64,000 bases of DNA from Psilocybe cubensis (lineage: Eukaryota), in contig CM039006.1 of NCBI GenBank assembly GCA_017499595.2, forward strand, positions 2,046,001 through 2,110,000, given 5' to 3'. The notes under the pieces are model-generated. The model was not told the DNA's origin, did not search any database, and saw only the letters and a program-made list of their open reading frames with translations. Shown here one piece after another: positions 13,951 to 26,010 of this stretch; position 1 is the stretch's first letter, and each line of letters starts with the position of its first letter. The translations under genes and the position numbers were made by a program.

Positions 13951-14625
13951 TTAAATATGTCCTGCTTCAACACGACTGTTTTGCCCTTCTTTCCATTCCT
14001 CAACAAGAATTCCCATATGAATGACATCCTTCCAACCACCATTTATCCACATCGCTTTACGCTGTCGGCCCTCTTCGATGAATCCCCTAAGTATTCATAC
14101 AGTGAGTATCTCTCAGTCACTTCTTATCGCCAAAAATACTACTGACTGTTTTCTGTACACATTGATGGCACGATCGTTACCCTCGTAGACTTCAAGAGAT
14201 ATACGGTGCATATTCATGTGCACAAAGGCATGATCGATCATGAATCGTGTAATTTTTTGACCATACCCTTTGTTGCAGAACTTGGGTTGCATGATGATGG
14301 CGTAGTTTGTATGTCTGTGGCCGCGTTCCAACAACCCCCACAGTCCGGTAAATCCAATAAACTCGGGCTCCGGTTGCTTTTTACTATCGGATTCCGTGCC
14401 AGCGGGCTGACCTGGTATGGTTTCGATGATACAAAACATTTCTGCTTCATTGCTGATAAGGTCTTGAAACTCCTTTTTGAACTTGTCTCCTCGAGGAACA
14501 GCGAAAAGGGGGGAGATGAACGGAGAAATTTGTATGTTGTTATAAAGGCTGAGTATGTTTTCAATATCATCCGCAGGTTGGGACTTGAAAGCACGAAGGC
14601 GGATACCACAGTTAAGCTCGAACAT
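13951..14625 (-). CDS. GNAT acetyltransferase, RimJ/RimL-like; 2 exons
   Basis: Acetyl-CoA motif A-like FCNKGYG, then MHRISLEVYEGNDRAINVYRKQ, an intron, and GFIEEGRQRKAMWINGGWKDVIHMGILVEEW...GHI* (stop at 13951). Confidence 0.88.
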
Positions 14626-15278
14626 GTTGAAAAGTGGGAACCTGGACGCGTTTCAAGTGTCTTTGCTTTTTATACTTGATCTGTTGTCTCTATTAATAAC
14701 TGAGGTAAGTTGTCGGTACCTTAGGTGTTGGGAAGTGGTTCAATTATTGTGGTTTAACTGAATATTTCTGTGAGTCATTTGAACCATTTATAGCTCTAAA
14801 TTTCTTCCAAGAATAATATATGACTCCCCATGGGAAAATGATATGGCAAATATATAGATCTGGATGTTTTATATCCAACATTGTGCATGGTTGTGGAATC
14901 TGAATTGTCGAGAACCTCTATTACATGACACTTGCAGAACATATCGTAATCTTACTTGTTGATAATTTTTGCAGAAATATTTTGGGAATGATGCTTTCTT
15001 GAGGGATGGGCGCCTAATATTAAATAGACAAATTTGACGCCAATGAACATGATCCCCAGTAACCTGCGACAATAAACTTCCATCAAACCATAAAGATACA
15101 CGTTGGCTTTAGTTTGTGGCCGCTTAGATGCTTCAAGTTATCCAGGCGTCGCTCATGTCACTTTGTTTCAATCTAGTGGAGATCGTCACAAAAATCTTGT
15201 GACTCGCCCAATAAAATACCACTGGGGTTGTCTTGTTCTGTGCTTCTTCTTCTTCCCACCTGATTCATTTCTAGCACC

Positions 15279-15710
15279 ATGATGGATCCAATCATAGTCG
15301 CAAATAGCTTTGTATTCTGCAAGAGGCATGGCGACGAGTACTGTCACCTTTGCACTTATGACCATCGATTCACAAACAACTATCAAATCCAAGACGACCC
15401 CGCCCTTGCAGATTTAATCGAGAATGGATATGATTTAGATGTACGTTCTCGTTAGAATTATAGGCCACTTACACGATTAACTCGAAGTTAGAATCGCCAA
15501 CCCATCAACATTTACGACCTTGGTGGTGTTGCTGTAGGCAGGAGAAGCGAGGCGACCGAGTCAGACTGTAAATGCAGAAAGCATGGCACCATCGATTGCA
15601 ATACGTGTTTTAACTGGGTAGAGTACATCAAAAACGGGGCCAAGGAGGCCGAAAGCCAGGAGAAATGGTTGAACAAAAGGGAGAAGTACTACAAAAACAG
15701 GAATGACTAA
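15279..15710 (+). CDS. Small (126 aa) protein with two CxxHGxxxCxxC motifs, paralog 1; absent from the ORF track
   Basis: Exon 1 15279-15440 (MMDPIIVANSFVFCKRHGDEYCHLCTYDHRFTNN...YDLD), GT-AG intron 15441-15491, exon 2 15492-15710 (NRQPINIYDLGG...CKCRKHGTIDCNTCFNWV...KWLNKREKYYKNRND*). Clear paralog of the next gene. Confidence 0.85.
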
Positions 15711-15999
15711 GGTGAGTTTGGGGCCTTTCATTAAGCTAGTGTTGGAAGTGACTAATTAGTACTGTAACTAAAGATTCATGAGGCGGTAGTTGTTGGATTA
15801 CAATTTGGAAGCCACCGTTCGGCCCAGACCAGAGTCCAGGGACGTCCAGGATCCATCAATAAAGTTTTAGACTCCTGGGAAAGCGAATTACAAATTTGTC
15901 AGAGTTGATCCACACTGTATTAAACCCAACAAGCAATTTGTTTTTGAATCTTGCCTCTAACCAATCAACCACTTTGCTTCGAACCCCGTTGTTTTCGAA

Positions 16000-16443
16000 A
16001 TGGGCTACGGTGAACCCATGGTAATCGTGAATAACTTTGCCTTCTGCAAAAAACATGGTGACGAGTACTGCTATCCTTGTTTCTATGACCATCGGGACAC
16101 AAACAACTTTACTCTCCTCGAAGAGCCTGCCCTCAGGGATATCGGTGACAACGGTGGCGTGTACAGCATGGATGTGAGCTGGTTTTGAGTATTTCTTCAC
16201 ATCTAGATCGTCATTCCCTTCTGACTTTGTACATGCTAGAGTCGCGAGTCAATTAATGTATATGAACTCGGGGCGATCCCGATAGGAGATGGCGAAGATT
16301 GCAAGTGCAGGAAACAACTGGTCAAAGACTGTAAAGAATGCTTTGACTGGGTGAAACACATATTAAACGAGCTCGAGGAAGCTAAATATAGGGCGAAGTG
16401 GCTCAAGAAAAGGGAGAAATATTATAGAAATCGGGAGGATTGA
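16000..16443 (+). CDS. Small (125 aa) Cys/His-motif protein, paralog 2
   Basis: Exon 1 16000-16173 (MGYGEPMVIVNNFAFCKKHGDEYCYPCFYDHRDTNN...), intron 16174-16239 at the same phase-0 position as in paralog 1, exon 2 (SRESINVYELGA...CKCRKQLVKDCKECFDWV...KWLKKREKYYRNRED*). Confidence 0.85.
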
Positions 16444-18044
16444 TAGGTGTCCAAGATATAGCACGACAGGTGCGTAAAGTTGAATATAATTTAGCAACTC
16501 GAGCTTAAACGGCGGAACAGTACGCACCAATTGACATTCTCAGTGAATGGTTATGTAGTTCAAAATCATGGCTCCTTCGTATTGCCTCAACACCCAGAGT
16601 GCGACCAATGTTCAAGTCAAGACTGTCGCAGAAACATTCCATTCAGCATTTAGTCTGGATGCCGCTGCACACTGACCGTGGTTTTTCTTCTGGTTTATTT
16701 CCGTATATACACTAATTAGTGGCTCAAACTGGGTACAAGTCGATTTCCAGATGCTGCATTTCAACTGGTGAGTGGTTCCTCGGATTTATGTAACTTACAG
16801 CCGATTTTCTGCTCCAGTACAAGGTAGAATTTCTACATCGGCGAGGCCGTCATTGTCAGAATCGGTTTTGGAGGTAACCTAGGACAATGACACTCACTAT
16901 CCACGCTATTATGGTGATTTGGTCTGATTTTGCGCTCTTAAAAAGTATGCCGTGTATTGCTTGACACTAAAGCGGTAGATTTCGGATAGGTTCAGTGGAT
17001 GAACGTTGAACACCCATGTGTCCTGGTCAATACAGAACGTCATCCTGCAAATAGTGTTGCCTGGCCATTCCATGAGATTTACAAATATAGAATCGGGTAT
17101 AAGCATGGACCGACGAAACCATCGGTGGTAGTCGACTAGTGAAAATGTGCAGCCTTAAATTTGTAAGTACTCTTCAATTCAGATCTAAATCATCTCGAAT
17201 TCTGAATTCGTGCGGATTGGAGAGCACAACGGGCATACTATCTTACATTCTAACTTATGAATGAATGGATAGTAACATCTTTTCCATGGGACTCGGATTC
17301 CGGTCCGCCTATGTAGCCACGAGTTTTACCTTTTAAGAAGTTGCCTTCAAGGATTACGGCACTTACGCTCTCGCTTTACAAAGCACCGACGCCGAATGAG
17401 ACCAACGTCGGACTCAATATGTCATCTTAGATGGGCTTAAGTAGGCTTAAGTTGCAATTTTCACGCCTGATAAACCTTGACTGATAAGCGTGAATTAGCA
17501 TCACAAGGATATTCTTTCCGCAACCAAATACTCTCCAAAATTCATTGATTCCAACCATTGAAAGTGTGTATACACTATGCTAGTTAACCCGTTCCATTCA
17601 CAATCTCACAAACACTATAGCAGCACAATTAACGCCATATTCCCCCGTAGAATGCGGTACCATACCTTAAATTGTTCTGCACCTAGTAACTTGACTGTAT
17701 GCCATCTATTCATGCACCAATCCAACATGCGATTCAGATTCTCATGCGGATAGGCTTCCAGACGACCATTGGACAGCGTAATTCATAATGACCGCTGATC
17801 ACCGTCTGTTCGGTGACGTTTATATTTTTAGACGGGTAAACCGGCATTCTCTGACGACTTTGGGATCCTCTCTAGCCGGATACCAGCCATGGCTCAATTT
17901 AGGTCTCAAGTCGAAGTTATGACCGACCTACTAGCAAACAGTTAAAAGGAACGCAATGTAGTGCATTGTTGTCCATCGCCACAAATCATCTTACAGCCTT
18001 GCATTGACACTTCGAGACACCTCTGCTACCTATCACAGTTTTAA

Positions 18045-20254
18045 ATGGATCATCTGCTGTCATTTACCGGCTCCAAATCAGGAGTTGTAGCTGCTGCAGG
18101 CATTGTAAGTACCTACAACTCGAATATACATTATACTAACCTGATGAAATGTACAGATTGTTCATCTCATTTATCGACAATTGGAGCCACGCCAATTTTC
18201 TGTTGCATTAGTCCTTAATTTTGGAGTCCCGTTGGCGCTCTCTGTATGGGAACCCTATCATAAAAGCTTTGTATTGGAGGCTTTGAGAGTTTTCCCCCTA
18301 TTCTGGTTCACATTAGTGGCATCTATTATCGCATATCGTCTTTCTCCATGGCACCCACTGGCTAAATACCCAGGCCCACTCCTAGGAAAGGTCTCCAAGT
18401 TTTACATCGCATTTCGGTCTTTGGGAGGTAAACAGCACATATACCTTGACACGTTACACGGTCTATACGGTAGCGTTGTAAGAATTGGTTAGTGGGTCCG
18501 TTTTATATTCCTCTTTCATCTTGCTCACATCCATGCCATATCTAGGGCCAAACCAATTGTCGATATGTGATGTAGATGCTGTGAACCCATTACTAAGTAA
18601 TCCAGGAGTACCCAAGAGCCAATGTACGTTCTCATCTTTTGCAAAAGAAAGTATCTAATCTTTCCCAGTCTTCGAAGGGCGAATGGCTGTTGTTGATTCG
18701 GTGACTTCACTCATTGCCACTAAAGACAAATCCGAGCATGCGCGTAGACGCCGGCCATGGGCGAGAGCTTTCAAGGCTGACTCGCTTAAGGGATACGAGG
18801 ATATGGTCATCAAAAGGTCGGCACAGCTGGTGGATTTGTTAGACAGTTCGAAAGGCGTTGTAAACATTTCCCAGTGCTTGTCTTACTTTGCGTAAGTTAA
18901 TCCCTTTCCTCTCACTCGAACTGTTTGCTGAACTACTCTTAGATATGATATTATGAATGACTTGGCGTACGCATCTGGTTTTCGATATTTGATACTTTTT
19001 TTTGACGGTAATTAATCCCATAGGTTTGGAGGTGGGTCGGAAATGATGGCTCAAGGGGATGTCACTGGACTTTGGCACTTGATGGAAGCTGGTCAAGAGT
19101 AAGTCAAAAATTATTCACAGTCTTCACTTTCAGATCATCTGATCCAAGTTTGTGTAGGAACGCTATGTTTATGAGCCATGTTCCCTGGTTGGGAAAGTGG
19201 CTACTCCAATATCCTCAGCTATTTGCAAAGGATATCCAAGCATTCAGTACATATGCTCGATCACGGGTAGCGGCAAGAAAGGCTGAAGGATCTTCCTACA
19301 AAGACATATTCTATCATTTGGTATAAATAAAGTAATTCTCCTAATCAATAATTTCTGACCATTTCCTCAGATTGATGAAGGCGGCGTATCGAATGAGCCC
19401 CCAACAGCTGCAGAAATTGCTAGTGATGGTTAGTCGATTTGAATTTTCCTATGCATTTGATAAATTAAACGCACCTTAATTCAGGCGGTCTCGCTATTGT
19501 TGCTGGATCTGATACAACATCTACTGCCTTGAGCCACCTGTTTTACTTTTTGATGCTCAATCCAACGGCATATAGGCGCTTACAGGCGGAGGTCGACACC
19601 TTGGCCGATGATATTCAGAATACCAGCAAGCAGGCACATATGTCATACCTTAACGGTGCCATGTTCGTGATCCTTATTCATTATAATCAAAGCTTTCACT
19701 AATTTACTGTAGAAACGAGACATTACGGCTTTTACCGCCGGTACTCGGAGGTTCCCAACGTGAAACGGCAACTGGGAGTGGGGGAAGTATGATCGGATCA
19801 TAGTAAGTCTTCAATATGCTGTCCATAATATACATATTGACACAGTGAAAAACTTAGCTTTCTTCCGGAGGGTACTACCGCATCTATTGCAACTTACAGT
19901 CTGCATCGCAGTCCTCGCTATTTTGCTCCAGAAACTGAAGCATTCCATCCTGAGCGATGGCTTCCTGAAGAAGACCGGGTTAAACTGGAACCCAAGATAT
20001 TCGGCAACCCAGACAACTTCATCCATGACACGAACGCATTTATCCCCTTCTCACACGGGGCAGCCAACTGCGCCGGAAAAAACCTGGCGTACATGGAGAT
20101 GCGCATGGTCGTGTGCATGATAATGCAGCGGTTTGATATTGAACTTGCAAAGGGGTATAATCCAGCTCAATGGTTGGACGACATCAAGGACTACTATGTC
20201 AGTGTCAAGGGCGCTCTTCCTGTCGTGCTCACACCACGTAATTTGTCCATGTAG
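18045..20254 (+). CDS. Cytochrome P450 (CYP5035-like); ~11 exons
   Basis: YRLSPWHPLAKYPGP, HARRRRPWARAF, I-helix AIVAGSDTT, ExxR (ETLRLLPP), FHPERWL and heme loop FIPFSHGAANCAGKNLAYMEMR. The family number is from recall only. Confidence 0.92.
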
Positions 20255-20497
20255 AAAAACTGAGTACGGTATTCTTTTAGAGCAGCAGACAGTGAAATTT
20301 GAGACTAGAGCTTGTAGACATTTTTGACCATTTCTATCCCTTCTGTAGAGTAAAAGAAATTAGTGGCAATTTTATACATATTCAAATCATAATATATTTG
20401 TATTTCAGTTTTATATATGTTCCAGGCACTGTACATATTTCTGAGAACTGTCGGAGTACTGGGAATTTGTTATGGACGAGCCTGCAGACAATGAGGC

Positions 20498-20867
20498 TTA
20501 GAAAACTGCAACACTTTCCCAGTTGACGCTAAAGACATGTCAGCGTTTCTAACAAGTAGAAAAATGAACTTCCTTACCCTGAAGGTGCTGTTGCGCATCC
20601 AGAACCGTCAGTACGAACCAAGCTTGCACCATTGGTGCAAGAGTCGTGTGCCCCGCCAGAGATAAAGAATTGGATCTGGGAGGGTACTCCAGAGTAACTG
20701 ATCGACTTGGTTGAGCCGCCTCCCAAGCTGAAGCACTCGTTTGAAGGGACGTTGAAGCTCTCTCCTTAGGTGCCAGTGCAGTCGGCACCATCAAATCCAG
20801 TGATAATGGCAGACAGTGCGCTGGTCACAGATGCGAGGAGGGCAAAAAAGACGGTGTTGAATTGCAT
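20498..20867 (-). pseudogene. Small secreted Cys-containing protein (~106 aa) interrupted by a premature TAA at codon 34
   Basis: MQFNTVFFALLASVTSALSA (signal peptide) IITGFDGADCTGT*GESFNVPSNECFSLGGGSTKSISYSGVPSQIQFFISGGAHDSCTNGASLVRTDGSGCATAPSG, intron, VNWESVAVF*. Premature stop at 20766-20768. Confidence 0.75.
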
Positions 20868-22024
20868 GATGAGCGGTAGTAAGTAGTTCTTCTGCACAAG
20901 TGATGAAGATTAGTATGAGAGGTCTTGAAATCAAAGGAGGGGGATTTTCTGACCTCGTTTGAATGAACAGGAGATGTTGGATGAAAGGATTGCAACCTTT
21001 AGGCCTTTTATACCTGTTTTTTAGTCGAATTAATACCTGTAAATATGCCAAAGGGTCAAGTTTACCAACGAATCGGCAAAGCGGCTGTGTCCCAAAAATG
21101 GTTGTACCCACAACCGTGGGTACCGCGACACACTTTTAAACATGGCAAAACTATTTGCAAACATTGGCCATCAGGATCTCATTGATAAAAATCTTGAACC
21201 CGGTCCCATGTTGTCCCTGTCCTCAAGGGAAGCAAGAATGAGCTATGAATATATAAACGCTCCAGTGTCACATGTACGTATTCATGAGCAGCTCCTCTAG
21301 TAGTTTATGCAAGAACGTTTGTGAGATTTGACGACTAAATAATGTTGAACTTGAATTCAAGCACCTTTTAATAAAATCTCTTGACCAACTGCCCCAATCG
21401 AGCTGAAAGCAAGCCTCACAGGGTGGGTAACTCAGACGGTACAGGGCCTTCGATATGCTTCCTACCGTTTTGCGATGTGGCCCCAGTGACTTCATTCTCC
21501 AATCGTTCGCCGAACTTCTTTCATTCCAGAGTGCGATGATTGGGTCTCCGCCTCCGAGGGCTTGATGCCTTTTGATATTTTGGAACGCAAATTCATAAAC
21601 CTCGCCTATATTTGTGACGAATCCAGAAATATGTTAATAGGTTTCCTTTAGGGCCTGATATGAATCAGTTCTACACTATCTTTCAGCAGAGTTCATAGAA
21701 ATACGGCCATCATATGTTGCGGAGTCGGCGATTCAAGGATGGTGAATCATACACTGGAGTTGAATTACGAAACTATGAGGTCACATAATACCTCACGGTA
21801 TTTTAAGTCTACGTTCAAGTTTACTCTAAACCCTCGTAAATTTTTGCTCTTTGTCAGATGCTACCCTCAGCAAGCAGTTGGCTAGCGCCCGTCGCGGTTT
21901 GATTCTATTTTTATCAACACTTCATGTCCAACGTAATATTGATCAGTCAGCATTTACACATCAAGACGTCACTCATTTTGTCGCCTGACCCCTTGACCAT
22001 GAATAGGTCATATAAGAACCCACC

Positions 22025-23758
22025 ATGCTGAGAGTCTCTCGAACCTTTTCCACAATGTCTCATCTGTCGTATAAGCTAGGAAGGAAAGGACAGCTCAACC
22101 TACCTGGAATTACCCATGCTTCGAAGAAAACTGTGGAGGATCTCTTGTTGAAGGATGCGGAAATTCATCATTGTTTCTTCAACTCTGCGGGGTTTCACAA
22201 CCATCTAAGCCACCAGTGAGCATTATTTATAGTCTCTCATGAGACAGCTTTACTCAGAGTACTAGTCTTCTGGCTGCGTATGACCTCGGCGCTTCACCAG
22301 GTCATTTGCAAAAGATGTATGATGATGAAGCAAGGTACCAACGTCCGATCGTATCTCAAGACAAAGAAAAAGAAAATGTAGTCGACGATAATAACTGGGT
22401 TCAGTATCTTGGGAATAGTAGGCAAGTCAAATCATTTTGTCAAAGCGTTCATGTTTCATGATGGATAACATACCACAGTGCCTACAATGCATTCGTAAAG
22501 TTCTTTGCGAACAAGGTGCAAACTCTGGGAGTCACAGGAACTCTGGAAAAATATGTTTTTGAAGAAGAAGCTAATGCGGACCACGTCCTTATGCTCAATA
22601 GAGTTGTAAGCGGGGCGTAAGTCATATTTGACTAGGCGCCTGGCCTATATTAATTATCATACCCGTTGGCTCAACAGGATTCATCCGTTCATACTACTTG
22701 GCGTGAGTGAAAAACAGGCACATTATACACAAATTTATCTCACCTAAGGGCAGTACGGAGCTGAATTTGGCAACGATACTCTCATCGTAACTGGTCGGTG
22801 ACAACTACTGCGAGTTGTGCATATATCTGATGTCGATCTAGGTCTCGCCCAGGCAGCTGTACATAGGGCAGGTACTGTATTAACCAGCAAATCATACGTC
22901 GAGCCGTCGCAATCCGTGAACCTGTTCGAACTCCTTCGCGAGGTGTACGACTCCGAAGCACTGAAACCAGCCTTGCCCTATGACCCTAATGCATTTATCA
23001 ATGCCCGTATCCAGCGGGTCGTGGAAAATGGGGGCGCTGAAGAAATTAGGCGGCTGTGCGCAAAGTATTCCATCAGTCGTGATATCACGGACAGTGAATT
23101 GGCGCAGAAGACAGAAGAAGTAATTTGGGTCAGCACGCTACTTACCTTTGCTACGGGAAGGAAAGGAAGGAAACCTCGCTTGGATTTCTTCCTCATGCAC
23201 ATACTTACGTCTTCACTTTTCCTTCGCCCGTGGCTCTCTGTCTTGAAGAAGCCTGAGCACAAGGCGGAACTTTTGCGCGTCTATATTCCAGTTTTGATTC
23301 TCACCATGCTTTCCCGAGGCCGGCCGAGGATTGATCCTGAGTACATCATGTCGTTTACCGACGTCCCTCGCCCGCCGTTAGACAAAAGTCTATTTCCCAA
23401 ACCAATCAAAACTTCCTTAGGATCGCCCACCAATGACGAGGATTACGATCCTTGGCCGGCGCTTATCGAAGGAGTCCAGTACCACCAAGATGCTCACGTC
23501 TTGAAGGCATTGCGAACTCTCATCTACGGAGCACAACATTTTGGAATTACACCACCTGGAGAGGTTCCGGGGACATTCAGATCTTCAAACAATAAGGAAG
23601 AGACACATATTGGCATGGCAAAGGTCGATGGCACGGTCTTCGTCAGGGCAGCGGGGTTGTTAATGAATACGTTGGGGTGGGCGGGGTATGGTCAAGAGGA
23701 AGGTGAATGGGACAGAAGTGCCTTGGGGTGGAACGCAGCCTGGGAAGGCAAAGACTGA
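22025..23758 (+). CDS. Questin oxidase-like / HypA (AflY, DUF4243) family oxidoreductase; multi-exon
   Basis: HHCFFNSAGFHNHLSHHLLAAYDLGAS, IHPFILLGYGAEF, GLAQAAVH, LDFFLMHILTSSLFL, DAHVLKALRTL. Confidence 0.85.
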
Positions 23759-24124
23759 AAATTTTAAACCAATGTGCGCAATGGATCTGTTAGTAGTTAC
23801 GTAGTTGTTTCTCCCATTTGCCTCGGATTTCGTTTTGATCTCTTGTTCCTTTAGTTGTATTATGATTGATTGAAATGAAGTTTTGTTATGTATTCCTAAA
23901 GGCTGTAAAATTTGGAGTGGGCCAATGCCTGAAGTTTGTATCGAGAATGCAAGCAAGAAAGGGCAACATAGATTCCAAAAAATAGAAAGCGCGAACAAGT
24001 CTTCAGGATCGAGAAATGCCGGTGTGTTCGGCACAGCCAAAGCCGATGGCAAATACTTGTCAACAAAGAACATCAGAACGGTTGGCGCAGTGCACCTGCC
24101 TCGATAATTTATCCTTTACCAGTC

Positions 24125-25682
24125 ATGTCCTCCGCTTCCCCAGACCCTCCAAAAACATCAAAAAGAAAATGGGACCAACCAGCTCCTGGAGAAGAGTCGT
24201 CAACCGCCTCCAAAGTTGCCAAAACCGATGAAGGAAAGTCAGCGTCCGAGGCAGCAGCAGCAGCAGCCGCAATTGCAGCAAAAATCGCGGCACAATTTGC
24301 CAATGGGACGCTGGGAGGAGACAAGGATCACGAGGAGTTCACCCATGACATTGATATCAACGATGTCCGCAATCGATACCTTTTAACGAGAGGGTCAACA
24401 CAGGACCAGGTGTGTTATTGAACCTTGGATGATGCGAGGATTCTTCAATTGCTGATTTGGGCGTTAGATTCATGAAGAAACAGGCGCGTCTGTGGGTACC
24501 AGGGGTGTATGGTATCCAGATCGATCGAAAGCTACAGAGAAGGACCCTCCTCTGTATATTCATATCTCGGCGCGAACGAAGGAAATTCTGGACAAAGCTG
24601 TTGCCAAAGTTAATGAGTTAATTTCGATGGACATGGGTTCACTAGTGGAGAAGGGTGACAAGACAAGAGAACGAGTAAGTGTTTACATAACGTTATACTT
24701 TCAATTCTCAAGCTAGGACAGAGAAAATGGCCGGAGGAAAAGCTACCTGTAGGGCTAGAGTCACTGAGAAATTTCAACATCAGAGCCAAAGTTGTTGGTC
24801 CATCGGTATGAATGCGCATTTTCACCTCCTTCCTAATAACTCACTATAAAGCATTTCAGGGATCATTCGTTAAATATATACAGGCGGAGACAAGTACCCG
24901 AGTGCAAATCAAGGGGGCGGGATCTGGGTTCATTGACCAAGAGGTAGATATATCTTCTTTCTATCAACACATTAACTAGACCCCTTTGTTAGACAGGACA
25001 AGAGGAACCAGTTCCTTTGTATATCCACATCACGTTAGTACGCCCTTGCCTTTGGACCTCTTTTAAATCTGATGTTTTATTAGTGGGCCCGATGAAGGTC
25101 AGGTTGCCAGAGCCAAAGTTCTGACAGAAGATTTGCTTCTCGTTGTTCGTCAGGAACACGCCAAAGTTCAGGCTATGCTTCACCAACAGCAAATGGAACT
25201 TCATCAAGCTCAGGCTCAATATGCAGCCTATAGTGCCAGCGCAATGGGGGTGAGTGCTTTCATTGTATTGAAGTTTCCTCTACTCAACTTTTTTTCAGGG
25301 ATATGCCCCTCCCCCTCCCGCTGCACCTGCCCCTCCTCCTCCTCCAGGAGAGGGACCACCGCCACCGCCTTCTGGGACACCCGCAGGCGATGCAGCAGCA
25401 GCGGCTGCTGCTCAATATAACGTGGCTGCCGGCCCACCTGCGCCTTCCGATACCGAGGCATACGCTGCATATTGGTGAGTTCTCTCCCAACCATCACTAC
25501 GTGTTTGTCTAACCTTTTATCTCTACAGGGCTGCATATGGATATGATGTCAACTCTGCCGAATTTAAAGAATGGCAAGCCAGTCAGCAACAACAATATGC
25601 TCAATATTATGCGGCCTATGCTGGCGCTGCTGCTACTGCCACCCAACCTTCTGACGCCCCTCCACCCCCTCCCCCGTCATGA
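24125..25682 (+). CDS. KH-domain RNA-binding protein (KHDC4/BLOM7-like); multi-exon
   Basis: KRKWDQ, DIDINDVRNRYLLTRGSTQ, TRGVWYPDRSKAT..PPLYIHI, FNIRAKVVGPSGSFVKYIQAETSTRVQIKGAGSGF, Pro/Tyr-rich tail. Confidence 0.88.
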
Positions 25683-26010
25683 TTTATTCCCGAGTACGAT
25701 ACCGTGTGTAGGCTTATATGTAGGCTTCACGTTGGTAGTACTGCATTTGCGCAATTTTTCGTTACCAGTTATCTTTGTTGTCGAGGGATTTCTCTCGAGT
25801 CTGCTCTAATATATCAAGTTGTATCATGCAATCCCTGGCATCTGTTATTTCCAAAGCAATTGGGCATTCGAAAATCTTTCATCAAAGAAATAAATGCAAC
25901 CCTTGATGCGCCTGACAAATGCCAATTTGTCACCGTTTAAATATAGTCCAACCAAGAAAGAGTCCCAAGTCCCAGCTTGGAATCAGACCATATCGTATAC
26001 CTCAGCCTTC

